A DNA stretch of 32,000 bases from Candidatus Hadarchaeota archaeon (GCA_964514965.1 CAZETV010000001.1:573063-605062), one strand, 5' to 3'. Counted from the first letter of the stretch, positions 1-7,549 are shown. The notes: generated by a model not told the origin, from the sequence alone. Numbers and translations are program-made.

Positions 1-402
1 GGCACGGCCAGTGCCCCTGCCACATGGCAGGTAATCGAGACTTGGACAGGAACCGTGTCAGCACCAGCCCAATGGCAAGCAATCGAAACTTGGACTGGCA
101 CGGCCAGTGCCCCTGCCACATGGCAGGTAATCGAGACTTGGACAGGAACCGCCAACTCTCCCGCCGCGTGGCAATCGATTGAAACCTGGACCGGCACAGT
201 TTCAGCACCCGTAGCATGGCAACTAATCGAAACATGGACAGGAAGCGCCAACTCTCCGGCAGCGTGGCAAATCATTGAAACTTGGACAGGAACAATCAAT
301 GCTCCTGCAGCATGGCAAGTAATCGAAACATGGACCGGCACGGTTGAATCTCCAATTATGTGGCGACTCATCGAAACATGGACGGGAACAGCCAGCGCCC
401 TC
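1..402 (+). repeat. In-frame 48-nt coding tandem repeat with at least 8 copies, probably continuing upstream of the window
   Basis: The TGG (Trp) codon recurs at exactly 25, 73, 121, 169, 217, 265, 313 and 361. The unit encodes xxPAxWQxIETWTGTx. Nt 1-54 are identical to nt 97-150, which is a two-unit offset. Confidence 0.9.
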
Positions 403-1359
403 GAGACTGTACCTCCGCCTCCAGAAGGAGCGCTGACCGTGACGATAGGTACAATAAGGGCTGGTGAAATAGGCTCTGCCGACTTCACGCAGTATAGAAT
501 GGCCATAAACAAGGTGAGAATAACTCCCAAGCATGATGTGTCAAACGTCGAAGTATACGTGGTACCCTATGAGCCAGCAGAAGCACCGGCAACCACTTTA
601 CCAGTCTACTCCTGCTTCAATATCACAACCAACATTGACGCCGCTGAAGTGGGAAGAGCAACCATTGGGTTCCAAGTGCCGAGATCCTGGATAGCTCAGA
701 TGAACATTGACGAGCGAAACGTCGAATTGCTTAGGTATAGCGGAGGATGGCAGACGCTGCCGACAATTTTTGTTAGGTCTGACTCAGTCTACCTATACTT
801 CGAGGCCGAGACATCCGGGTTCTCACTGTTCGCGGTCGTTGGGGAGCAGACGATTACTCCGCCTGCACCCACTCCGCCAGTGATTGTTCCAACTTCCCCC
901 TCGCCCCCGGTACCCGAATCACCCACCGTGCCGCCGGTATTTTACACGCTGCTGGCGATGTTCTCGGTCGGCATAAGCGGTCTAGCGTTATACCGCTCCT
1001 TGACATGGCGCATAAAGCCGTTTGCGTCAATCAAATCCCTGAAGCGAATGATACTTGAGAAACCGGCTATAACCCCAACGCGCCTAGAGATACCCCCGCG
1101 TGTCAAGCCAGCGATATCCCTCAAGCGCCTGAAGCCAGCCCCGATAACTCCAGCCCCAGATTTGCCCACCGGCCCATTTAAACCCATCCCAATAGTCACC
1201 CGCCCGCCTGCGGTCGGATCTAGAAGGATCGTGCCGAAAACAATGACATCCCCCGAGATTCTCGACCATTTGAAACGTGGAGTAGCGCCGCCGAAGCCCG
1301 GGATCTCACTTGAGCGCCTGAAGGAGGAAGTGTTCAAGGAAAAGAAGCGGAGGCCGTAG
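1..1359 (+). CDS. Cell-surface repeat protein, 5'-truncated by the window edge. It has WQxIETWTGT 16-aa tandem repeats, a PGF-pre-PGF-like domain, a Pro/Thr linker, one TM helix and a proline/lysine-rich cytoplasmic tail.
   Basis: Frame 1 is open from nt 1, and the track ORF at 55 simply begins at an internal GTG. Residues TQYRMAINKVRITPK...IGFQVPRSWIAQMNIDERNVELLRYSGGWQTLP...YLYFEAETSGFSLFAVVG match my recollection of the archaeal PGF-pre-PGF domain. A PTPPVIVPTSPSPPVPESPTVPP linker follows, then the hydrophobic helix FYTLLAMFSVGISGLALY (nt 940-993). Stop is at 1357-1359. Confidence 0.75.
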   Translation, partial: GTASAPATWQVIETWTGTVSAPAQWQAIETWTGTASAPATWQVIETWTGTANSPAAWQSIETWTGTVSAPVAWQLIETWTGSANSPAAWQIIETWTGTINAPAAWQVIETWTGTVESPIMWRLIETWTGTASALETVPPPPEGALTVTIGTIRAGEIGSADFTQYRMAINKVRITPKHDVSNVEVYVVPYEPAEAPATTLPVYSCFNITTNIDAAEVGRATIGFQVPRSWIAQMNIDERNVELLRYSGGWQTLPTIFVRSDSVYLYFEAETSGFSLFAVVGEQTITPPAPTPPVIVPTSPSPPVPESPTVPPVFYTLLAMFSVGISGLALYRSLTWRIKPFASIKSLKRMILEKPAITPTRLEIPPRVKPAISLKRLKPAPITPAPDLPTGPFKPIPIVTRPPAVGSRRIVPKTMTSPEILDHLKRGVAPPKPGISLERLKEEVFKEKKRRP

Positions 1360-1836
1360 TGCAATGAACAGGATTGAATCCCGTGCACACTTAACCGGAA
1401 GCGTGCTTTGCCTCTCGGAACTAGTACAAATTAAGTCAACTCGGACAAGTTTGGGCTGGCTTCTTTTTGATTATCTGCACAATCTACTACCTGCTCAAAC
1501 TAGCCAACCTGAAAAAAGGTGGCTTGCATGAAAAAGAGAATGTCGGACCGTCTCAGAAAAGTCGGTAAGCTGGTCGGGGAGGTTCCAGACGGTTTCATTG
1601 AGAAGACACTTGGTTTCGACACCCACCATGAAACTTACAAATATTTACGCACCGAAGCTACTGAGAAAACTACGCGCCGAGCCTCCCGTTGAAAAATTTG
1701 ACTACATTGACTCCGAACGCAGTAATCAAAACGTTTTTCGGCATCTACTCCAGGTTTGTGGAATTTCTTTATGCCACATAAGACAGCAATATGTTGCCTT
1801 AATATTTTAAATAGGCCGTAACGTATAACTGAGTAA

Positions 1837-1893
1837 GGGGTTTGAAAAACTAAAAGTTAGTTTTTCAGATGAGGCGGCACGGAAAAAAACCCC
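1837..1893 (+). promoter_or_regulatory. Nested inverted repeat (predicted stem-loop) 25-80 nt upstream of the MinD-like start codon
   Basis: Inner hairpin: GAAAAACTAA-AAG-TTAGTTTTTC, 10 Watson-Crick bp (1844-1853 with 1857-1866). It can extend to 14 bp with G-U pairs (1840-1870). Outer arms GGGGTTT (1837-1843) and AAACCCC (1887-1893) are perfectly complementary over 7 bp. Confidence 0.4.
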
Positions 1894-1917
1894 AATCCTA
1901 GTGGTTGCGGTGTCTGA

Positions 1918-2706
1918 ATGAGGTTAAAGCAGGGGCTAATCTTAGGCGTTTTCTCAGCCAAAGGCGGTGTTGGCAAAACAACTACTGTGGCCAACCTAGG
2001 TGCGGCTCTGGCTCAGAAGCTTAAGAACCGAGTCATCATCGTAGAAACCAACATGACTGCCTCAAACTTGGGGCTGCACCTTGGCATCCTCGACCCGCCA
2101 GTGATAATTCAGGACGTCATCTTTGGCAAGGTCAAGATAAATGATGCAATCATGATTAACGACTACGGGTTCCATATCATCCCAGGCTCTGTTGCATTTA
2201 CGAGCGAGCTAGGCTCAATAGACCTTCGCGACATCTTGGATGAGCTTACAAAAAAATACGATATAATAATACTCGACTCAGCCCCTGGTTTCGGCCTTGA
2301 GGTTTTTGCGGCAATGAAGACGTGCGACGAACTTCTGGTTGTATGCCAGCCTCGAGTGCCAGCGATTGCAGGAACGCTCCAGACTTTCCGGGCCGCTGAT
2401 CGTCTCAAAATTCCGATATTTGGAGTAGTTCTGAATCGTGTCACTGGGAAACGCTTCGAGATTCCGACCTCAGATATCAAACGGACGTTGAACTGGCCTA
2501 CTATGACGGTGATTCCAGAAGACGACATGGTGGAAGAGGCAGTGACCCGTGGAACTCCTGTCGTCCTTTACGCCCCGAAATCACCGGCTGCGATTGAGTA
2601 TCGAAAGCTCGCGCAGGCAATCTTATCCCATCTGAAGGCTCGCAAACGCATCGCTCCTCGTCGAAAGCGCAAGACAAAAAGAAGAAGTAGAAAAGTAAGA
2701 AAATGA
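1918..2706 (+). CDS. MinD/ParA-family P-loop ATPase (archaeal MinD-like) with a polybasic C-terminal tail
   Basis: Deviant Walker A SAKGGVGKTT with the signature lysine. A Walker B-like IIILDSAPG is present, and the overall length and layout fit MinD/ParA. The last 23 aa are KARKRIAPRRKRKTKRRSRKVRK. Confidence 0.85.
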   Translation: MRLKQGLILGVFSAKGGVGKTTTVANLGAALAQKLKNRVIIVETNMTASNLGLHLGILDPPVIIQDVIFGKVKINDAIMINDYGFHIIPGSVAFTSELGSIDLRDILDELTKKYDIIILDSAPGFGLEVFAAMKTCDELLVVCQPRVPAIAGTLQTFRAADRLKIPIFGVVLNRVTGKRFEIPTSDIKRTLNWPTMTVIPEDDMVEEAVTRGTPVVLYAPKSPAAIEYRKLAQAILSHLKARKRIAPRRKRKTKRRSRKVRK

Positions 2707-2798
2707 AATCATACGATACTGGCGTTAGTTGTATGAATTGTTGATTTGAGTAGGGTTGAGAATCGGGTGGTTCTGGAATAGCTGGTGAAATCGTAGAT

Positions 2799-2810
2799 TG
2801 TTTAAAGATG
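2799..2810 (+). promoter_or_regulatory. Candidate archaeal TATA box for tRNA-Thr
   Basis: TTTAAAGA at 2801-2808 is centred about 28 nt upstream of tRNA position 1 (2833). That is the expected TATA-to-start spacing for archaeal promoters. Confidence 0.4.
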
Positions 2811-2832
2811 GGAAAGAACACAAAATAATGAA

Positions 2833-2908
2833 GCCGCCGTAGCTCAGTTGGAAGAGCAATCGCCTTGTAAGCGATAGGTCGTGGGATCGTGACCCACCGG
2901 CGGCTCCA
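2833..2908 (+). tRNA. tRNA-Thr (anticodon UGU) with genomically encoded CCA
   Basis: Hand-folded cloverleaf. Acceptor GCCGCCG/CGGCGGC; D arm GCUC-AGUUGGAA-GAGC; anticodon arm AUCGC-CUUGUAA-GCGAU; variable loop AGGUC; T arm GUGGG-AUCGUGA-CCCAC. Discriminator is U and CCA is at 2906-2908. Confidence 0.9.
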
Positions 2909-2946
2909 CCTTAAGTCTTGTTGCACTAGTAGTGTTGAGGCATGAT

Positions 2947-3717
2947 ATGAGCAAAGGGTACGTTGGACAGATATTCAATTCTATTCAGGGAGAGGGGCTC
3001 TATGTTGGTAGGCGACAGGTCTTCGTAAGGCTGGCGGGTTGTTCACTCAACTGTAATTTTTGCGATACAGAGGAGTTTAAACATTTTTCCAAAAAAGAGT
3101 GCAAAGTTGAAACTAAACCCAGCTCAATGAAATTCAAACTCGTGAGAAATCCGATGACCTACGGAGAGGTGCTTCGATATGTCAAGCGTTTGGCAACTCC
3201 AGACATCCACAGCATCTCGCTGACCGGTGGTGAACCCCTTCTGGCGGGGAATTTTCTTGTCGATGTCGCCCGCGCGTGCAGACGGGCTGGTTTCGCCAAT
3301 TATCTAGAGACGAACGGCGAGAGCAGAGAGGCGATGGCGAAGGTTATCGGCTACATCGACTTCGCCGCAATCGATATCAAGCTCCCCGAGCACCGAGCAG
3401 TGCCGCGCAGAAGCTGGCGTAGTTTGTTTGAGAAGGAGTTGGATTGTGTTAAACTGGCAATCGAGAGGGGTGTGGAAACTTTCGTGAAGATAGTGGTGCT
3501 CCCTTCCACCAAACCAAAAACTATTACGCACGTGTGCAAACATCTCATGCAGATCGCTCGGATACCCCTCGTAATTCAGCCAGTGACGCCCGCGCGAAAG
3601 GTTCGCAGAGCTCCATCGATGACGCATGTGTACCTACTCGCTCAAGCCGCCGCCCGCTCAGGGATCAAGCAGATAGCGATAATACCCCAAATGCACAAAC
3701 TGATTAAGGTGCTCTGA
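2947..3717 (+). CDS. queE: 7-carboxy-7-deazaguanine synthase (radical SAM, QueE-like)
   Basis: N-terminus IFNSIQGEGLYVGRRQVFVRLAGCSLNCNFCDT carries the CxxxCxxC radical-SAM cluster in the QueE context. A GAGG sits 7 nt upstream of ATG 2947, so I prefer that start over the GTG at 2932 used by the ORF track. Confidence 0.8.
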   Translation: MSKGYVGQIFNSIQGEGLYVGRRQVFVRLAGCSLNCNFCDTEEFKHFSKKECKVETKPSSMKFKLVRNPMTYGEVLRYVKRLATPDIHSISLTGGEPLLAGNFLVDVARACRRAGFANYLETNGESREAMAKVIGYIDFAAIDIKLPEHRAVPRRSWRSLFEKELDCVKLAIERGVETFVKIVVLPSTKPKTITHVCKHLMQIARIPLVIQPVTPARKVRRAPSMTHVYLLAQAAARSGIKQIAIIPQMHKLIKVL

Positions 3718-4184
3718 TGTTGATCGAGTTCACGAAGGGTTTGGGTTTCTCGTCCTCACACTTCATTATAGGTCACAAGAAATGTGAACACCTGCATGGG
3801 CACAACTGGCGCGTGGGGTTGACCGTCGAGGGCGAACCGGACGAGCGTGGTCTAGTCGTGGATTTTTTAGAACTCGAACGTTTTTTAAAAAGTTTGTGTG
3901 ATAGTTACGACCATCGCGTGCTGCTGCCCGAAAATAATTCTTCTCTCAAACGCCTTTTGGAGGGAAAAAATACCCGCATTTCTGTGCACGATCGTGAGTT
4001 CGAGTTCCCCAGCGAAGATGTCGTCTGGCTTCCCGTCGTTAACACCACCGTAGAGGAGTTTGCAAGAGTTATCGCTGACGAGATGATGAAGAATTTGTCC
4101 TACCCGAACGTGCGTCTAATAACCGTTTTGGTCGAGGAGTCACCTGGGCAGAGCGCAACGGAAAAGCGGCGAGTGAAAGCGTAA
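3717..4184 (+). CDS. queD: 6-carboxy-5,6,7,8-tetrahydropterin synthase (QueD / PTPS family)
   Basis: Motif SSHFIIGHKKCEHLHGHNWRV (Cys plus HxH zinc site) typical of QueD/PTPS. The ATG overlaps the queE stop (ATGA-type overlap). Confidence 0.8.
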   Translation: MLIEFTKGLGFSSSHFIIGHKKCEHLHGHNWRVGLTVEGEPDERGLVVDFLELERFLKSLCDSYDHRVLLPENNSSLKRLLEGKNTRISVHDREFEFPSEDVVWLPVVNTTVEEFARVIADEMMKNLSYPNVRLITVLVEESPGQSATEKRRVKA

Positions 4185-4227
4185 CCTTAAACTTTTTATA
4201 TCCTGGTCCCTAAGTGCACCGAATATT

Positions 4228-4539
4228 ATGCAAATCAAACGCTTTGAACAGGAGGACGCGTGCAAGTACGAGTGCTGGGACGACTACCAATGCTCAGTAA
4301 TGGCGAGCGCGGTCGTCCGGAAGCATGACAAGCAGACCTACTTGCAGGACATCAATGTCAGCTCGAGCTATCGGGGGCGGGGCATAGGAACAAGATTGCT
4401 CAAGCAAATATTGGTAGACTTCGAGGGTACTCTAATTGTGGCGAGCGTCTTCGAGGCACGCGTTCCTTGGTACGAGCGTCACGGGTTCAGCACCACTGGC
4501 AGTGAAGGAAATTTAGTCAGAATTGAGAAATCTCCATAA
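4228..4539 (+). CDS. Small GNAT-family N-acetyltransferase (103 aa, minimal fold)
   Basis: Acetyl-CoA binding motif A, YRGRGIGTRLLKQIL, followed by YERHGF. CTTTTTATAT lies about 30 nt upstream of the ATG, which suggests its own promoter and a leaderless mRNA. Confidence 0.6.
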   Translation: MQIKRFEQEDACKYECWDDYQCSVMASAVVRKHDKQTYLQDINVSSSYRGRGIGTRLLKQILVDFEGTLIVASVFEARVPWYERHGFSTTGSEGNLVRIEKSP

Positions 4540-4569
4540 CGCTTATCTTTCCAAAATTGAGTTTTGTTT

Positions 4570-4694
4570 GGGGTCGTGGGGTAGCCTGGTCCATCCTGCT
4601 GGCTTAAGGATTGTTTAAGCGATCCTGCCAAATGGGACGTTAGACCAGCGCAAAAAAGCCAGTGACTCGAGTTCAAATCTCGGCGACCCCACCA
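4570..4694 (+). tRNA. Intron-containing tRNA with encoded CCA; isotype unresolved (a canonical reading gives anticodon UAA)
   Basis: A 7-bp all Watson-Crick acceptor stem (4570-4576 with 4684-4690). D arm has an AGCCUGGUCC loop. The T arm UCGAG-UUCAAAU-CUCGG (4667-4683) is canonical. Discriminator is A4691 and CCA is at 4692-4694. About 35-50 extra nt lie between the anticodon-stem halves. The 5' side of the loop reads CUUAAG. Confidence 0.7.
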
Positions 4695-4811
4695 CTTAAA
4701 ACGAACTGTTTATGGAATAGCCCATCTATTGGCTTCATCAAAAACTCTTAAAAAGGGACAGGCCAACAGAAGTAATTTTAAGGTTGTCAGCTATGTCAAA
4801 AGGGTGTAAAC

Positions 4812-6083
4812 TTGCAAAAGTTCATCTTTAAGAGCTTGACCGCACGCGGGATTCTCGACAGCAGAGGTAACCCGACCATTGAGATTGATGTTGCGGTACA
4901 AAGCGAGAACGTAGCGGAGGCGGGCGTTGGTAGAGCGGCAGCACCTAGTGGAGCGAGCAGGGGAAAACACGAGGTCATAGCATTTCCCGAGGGTGGTGTT
5001 AACGCTTCAATTAAAGCTGTTAAAGAAATTTTAGCACCGAAGCTAATCGGTAGCCCAGCTGACAGGTTGGAGGAAGTGGATTCCCTTCTTCATGAACTCG
5101 ATGGGACACCAAATTTCTCGAGGATTGGAGGAAATGCGGCGGTGGCTATCTCCATGGCCGCAGCAAAGGCAGTGGCGGCAGCTCGTGGTCTACCTTTGTA
5201 CAAGCATTTGGGCGGCGATCAAGCAGTTCAACTGCCATACCCGCTTGGAAATATGCTCGGTGGTGGAGCCCATGCTGGCAGACAAGCTCCCGACATACAG
5301 GAAGTTCATGCTATCCCAGTCGGCGCGAAAAGTTTTGTCGATGCATTTTTCGCCAACGCCAAAGTTCACAAGCGTGTGCGAGACCTTATCGAGGCAAAAG
5401 ATCCAACTTTCACTGGCGGCAAGGGTGACGAAGGCGCATGGGCCCCAAATCTCGATAGCTCAGCGGCTCTCGAAATAGTCGCAAGGGCATGTGAGGAAGT
5501 TGGCAGTGAGGTTGGATTTGAAATAAGACCTGCCCTCGACGTTGCTGCAAGCAGCCTTTATGATGCGCATGAAAAAAAGTACCGATATAAACGGGAAGAC
5601 AAATCTCGGGACGAGGGCGAGCAAATAAATTTCATCCTAGATTTGATAAATACATACAAGCTCTTTTTCGTTGAGGACCCGCTGCACGAAGAAGATTTTG
5701 ATGGTTTTGCCGAGCTTACGAAAAAAGTCGGTGAAAAATGCCTGATATGCGGTGATGATCTCTTCGTTACAAATGTCGCTCGGATTCAGAAAGGGATAGA
5801 AGTTGGTGCCGTAAATTCAGTACTTATAAAACCGAACCAGATCGGTACGCTTACGGATACCCACAAGGCTGTGCAACTGACGAAAAAAAGTAATTATGTT
5901 CCTGTGGTGTCCCATCGCTCGGGGGAAACTCCCGACGAAACCATCGCCCACCTAGCTGTAGCATGGGGCTGTCCGATTATCAAAACGGGCGCAGTCGGAG
6001 GCGAGCGGATAGCCAAGCTTAATGAGTTAATCAGAATTGAAGAAGGATTGGGAAAGACGGCAAAAATGGGGAAGCTTCGATGA
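4812..6083 (+). CDS. eno: Enolase (2-phosphoglycerate dehydratase)
   Basis: [17 protein letters not shown] at the N-terminus, plus [12 protein letters not shown] and SHRSGETPD signatures. TTG start at 4812 is preceded by AAGGGTG. Confidence 0.9.
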   Translation: MQKFIFKSLTARGILDSRGNPTIEIDVAVQSENVAEAGVGRAAAPSGASRGKHEVIAFPEGGVNASIKAVKEILAPKLIGSPADRLEEVDSLLHELDGTPNFSRIGGNAAVAISMAAAKAVAAARGLPLYKHLGGDQAVQLPYPLGNMLGGGAHAGRQAPDIQEVHAIPVGAKSFVDAFFANAKVHKRVRDLIEAKDPTFTGGKGDEGAWAPNLDSSAALEIVARACEEVGSEVGFEIRPALDVAASSLYDAHEKKYRYKREDKSRDEGEQINFILDLINTYKLFFVEDPLHEEDFDGFAELTKKVGEKCLICGDDLFVTNVARIQKGIEVGAVNSVLIKPNQIGTLTDTHKAVQLTKKSNYVPVVSHRSGETPDETIAHLAVAWGCPIIKTGAVGGERIAKLNELIRIEEGLGKTAKMGKLR

Positions 6084-6709
6084 GTACACCTGAGTTTACG
6101 GAAGGTGTGGTCGGGCTGGTGGATTTCGACACTTACCTCTCGAGCGGTGTTCACATAGGGACTCGACAAAAGACGGGTGCAATGGCCTCGTTCATCTATC
6201 GCGTGCGACCCGATGGGCTATATGTACTCGATGTCCGGAAGACCGACGAGCGGATAAGTTTGGCTGGGAAATTCTTAGCACGATTTGATCCCGCGAGCAT
6301 CATCGTGGTCTCGGCGCGACAGTACGGTCAACGTCCAGCCCAGCAGTTTTGCGAGGTAACTGGGGCCAAGGCCATGGTGGGTAGATTCATCCCGGGCACT
6401 TTCACCAACCCCTTTCACAAGGGATATACCGAGCCAGCCGCGCTCGTTATCACAGACCCGCTAGCGGATGAGCAACCCATGCGCGAGGCGGCCGAGGCGA
6501 GCATACCTGTGGTGGGGTTCTGCGATACCGACAACGAAACGGCAGACATAGATTTCATTATCCCAACGAACAACAAGGGGCGCAGAGCGCTCGCACTCGT
6601 CTACTGGTTACTCGCACGCCAAGTGCTTCAGGAGCGGGGCGATCTCTCGCCGGACAAGCCGTTCGAGGTTTCAGTGGAGGAATTTGAGACCAAGTCCGGT
6701 GGTGAATAG
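6080..6709 (+). CDS. rps2: 30S ribosomal protein uS2
   Basis: Typical archaeal S2 sequence ([10 protein letters not shown]..., [36 protein letters not shown]). ATGA overlap with the eno stop. Confidence 0.9.
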   Translation: MSTPEFTEGVVGLVDFDTYLSSGVHIGTRQKTGAMASFIYRVRPDGLYVLDVRKTDERISLAGKFLARFDPASIIVVSARQYGQRPAQQFCEVTGAKAMVGRFIPGTFTNPFHKGYTEPAALVITDPLADEQPMREAAEASIPVVGFCDTDNETADIDFIIPTNNKGRRALALVYWLLARQVLQERGDLSPDKPFEVSVEEFETKSGGE

Positions 6710-7549
6710 TTGAGACCCCCGGTGGTCGCAGGACAATTTTACGCTGGCACCCGATCGGAACTCATCGAACAAATTGAATGGTGTTACACCCATCCATCCG
6801 GGCCAGGAAAAGCGCCGAGAATGCGTGCTGGGCCGAGGCGACTCGTAGGATTAGTTTCCCCCCACGCAGGCTACATGTACTCCGGACCAGTCGCTGCGCA
6901 TGGGTTCACATACATGGCACAGGACGGCATGCCAAGTTCGATTGTGATTATTGGGCCCAACCACAGAGGTGTGGGCTCGGGTGTTTCGATAATTACTTCG
7001 GGAAAGTGGAGTACTCCTCTAGGGGAGGTCCAAATAGACGAAGCGCTGAGCAAGGCAATCAAACAGACCTCGGATATAATCGATGTCGACATGGTCGCTC
7101 ATGCTTACGAGCACTCGCTCGAGGTTCAGTTGCCATTTCTCCAGCATCTCTTCAGTGATAAATTCAAAATCGTGCCGATATGCATAATGTTACAGGATAT
7201 CAAGACAAGTAAAGAGGTTGGAGACGCTATTGCCAAGGCCTCGGGAGGGAAAGATGTAGTGATAATTGCGTCAACTGATTTCACCCATTACGAATCTCAA
7301 AGTTCGGCCACCACGAAAGACCACAAAGCAATAGATAAAATTCTGGCGCTTGACCCAGAAGGGTTAATTCGCACCGTCGAAGAAGAGGGCATCACCATGT
7401 GCGGTTATGGACCAGTTTCGGCTATGTTACAGGCCGCGAAAAAGCTAGGGGCAAAAAAGGCAAAGCTATTAAAATATGCAACTAGCGGGGAAACTGCGGG
7501 TCCTATGGCACAAGTTGTCGGTTATGGTTCAATTGCGGTCTCAAGGTGA
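6710..7549 (+). CDS. MEMO1-family protein (AmmeMemoRadiSam system protein B-like)
   Basis: RPPVVAGQFY at the N-terminus, SPHAGYMYSGPVAA, and HSLEVQLPFLQ. The TTG start directly abuts the rps2 stop. Confidence 0.8.
   Translation: MRPPVVAGQFYAGTRSELIEQIEWCYTHPSGPGKAPRMRAGPRRLVGLVSPHAGYMYSGPVAAHGFTYMAQDGMPSSIVIIGPNHRGVGSGVSIITSGKWSTPLGEVQIDEALSKAIKQTSDIIDVDMVAHAYEHSLEVQLPFLQHLFSDKFKIVPICIMLQDIKTSKEVGDAIAKASGGKDVVIIASTDFTHYESQSSATTKDHKAIDKILALDPEGLIRTVEEEGITMCGYGPVSAMLQAAKKLGAKKAKLLKYATSGETAGPMAQVVGYGSIAVSR

Noticed and set aside
1-402. The regularly spaced 48-nt repeats could superficially suggest a CRISPR array.
   Set aside because: There are no unique spacers. The units are contiguous, in frame and translate to a conserved peptide motif inside a long ORF, so this is a coding tandem repeat.
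1598-1810. Track ORF of 70 aa in the gap upstream of the MinD-like gene.
   Set aside because: It has a TTG start without a ribosome-binding site and no recognisable motif. It also overlaps an alternative 54-codon ORF that has a better SD. I cannot support either as a gene, so I reported the region as a finding instead.
2501-2926. 141-aa minus-strand ORF spanning the tRNA-Thr locus, and the 65-aa ORF at 4479-4676 across the second tRNA.
   Set aside because: Both are antisense to well-folded tRNA genes and to the 3' ends of confident CDSs. Their sequences have no protein family features.
4597-4666. A class II tRNA-Leu(UAA) model for the intron tRNA: stem GCUGG/CCAGC, a 35-nt intron at 4609-4643 and a 17-nt variable region.
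   Set aside because: The putative variable arm GCAAAAAAGCCAGUGAC cannot form the stem required in class II tRNAs. No bulge-helix-bulge motif forms at 4643/4644 either. I kept it only as one alternative within the finding.
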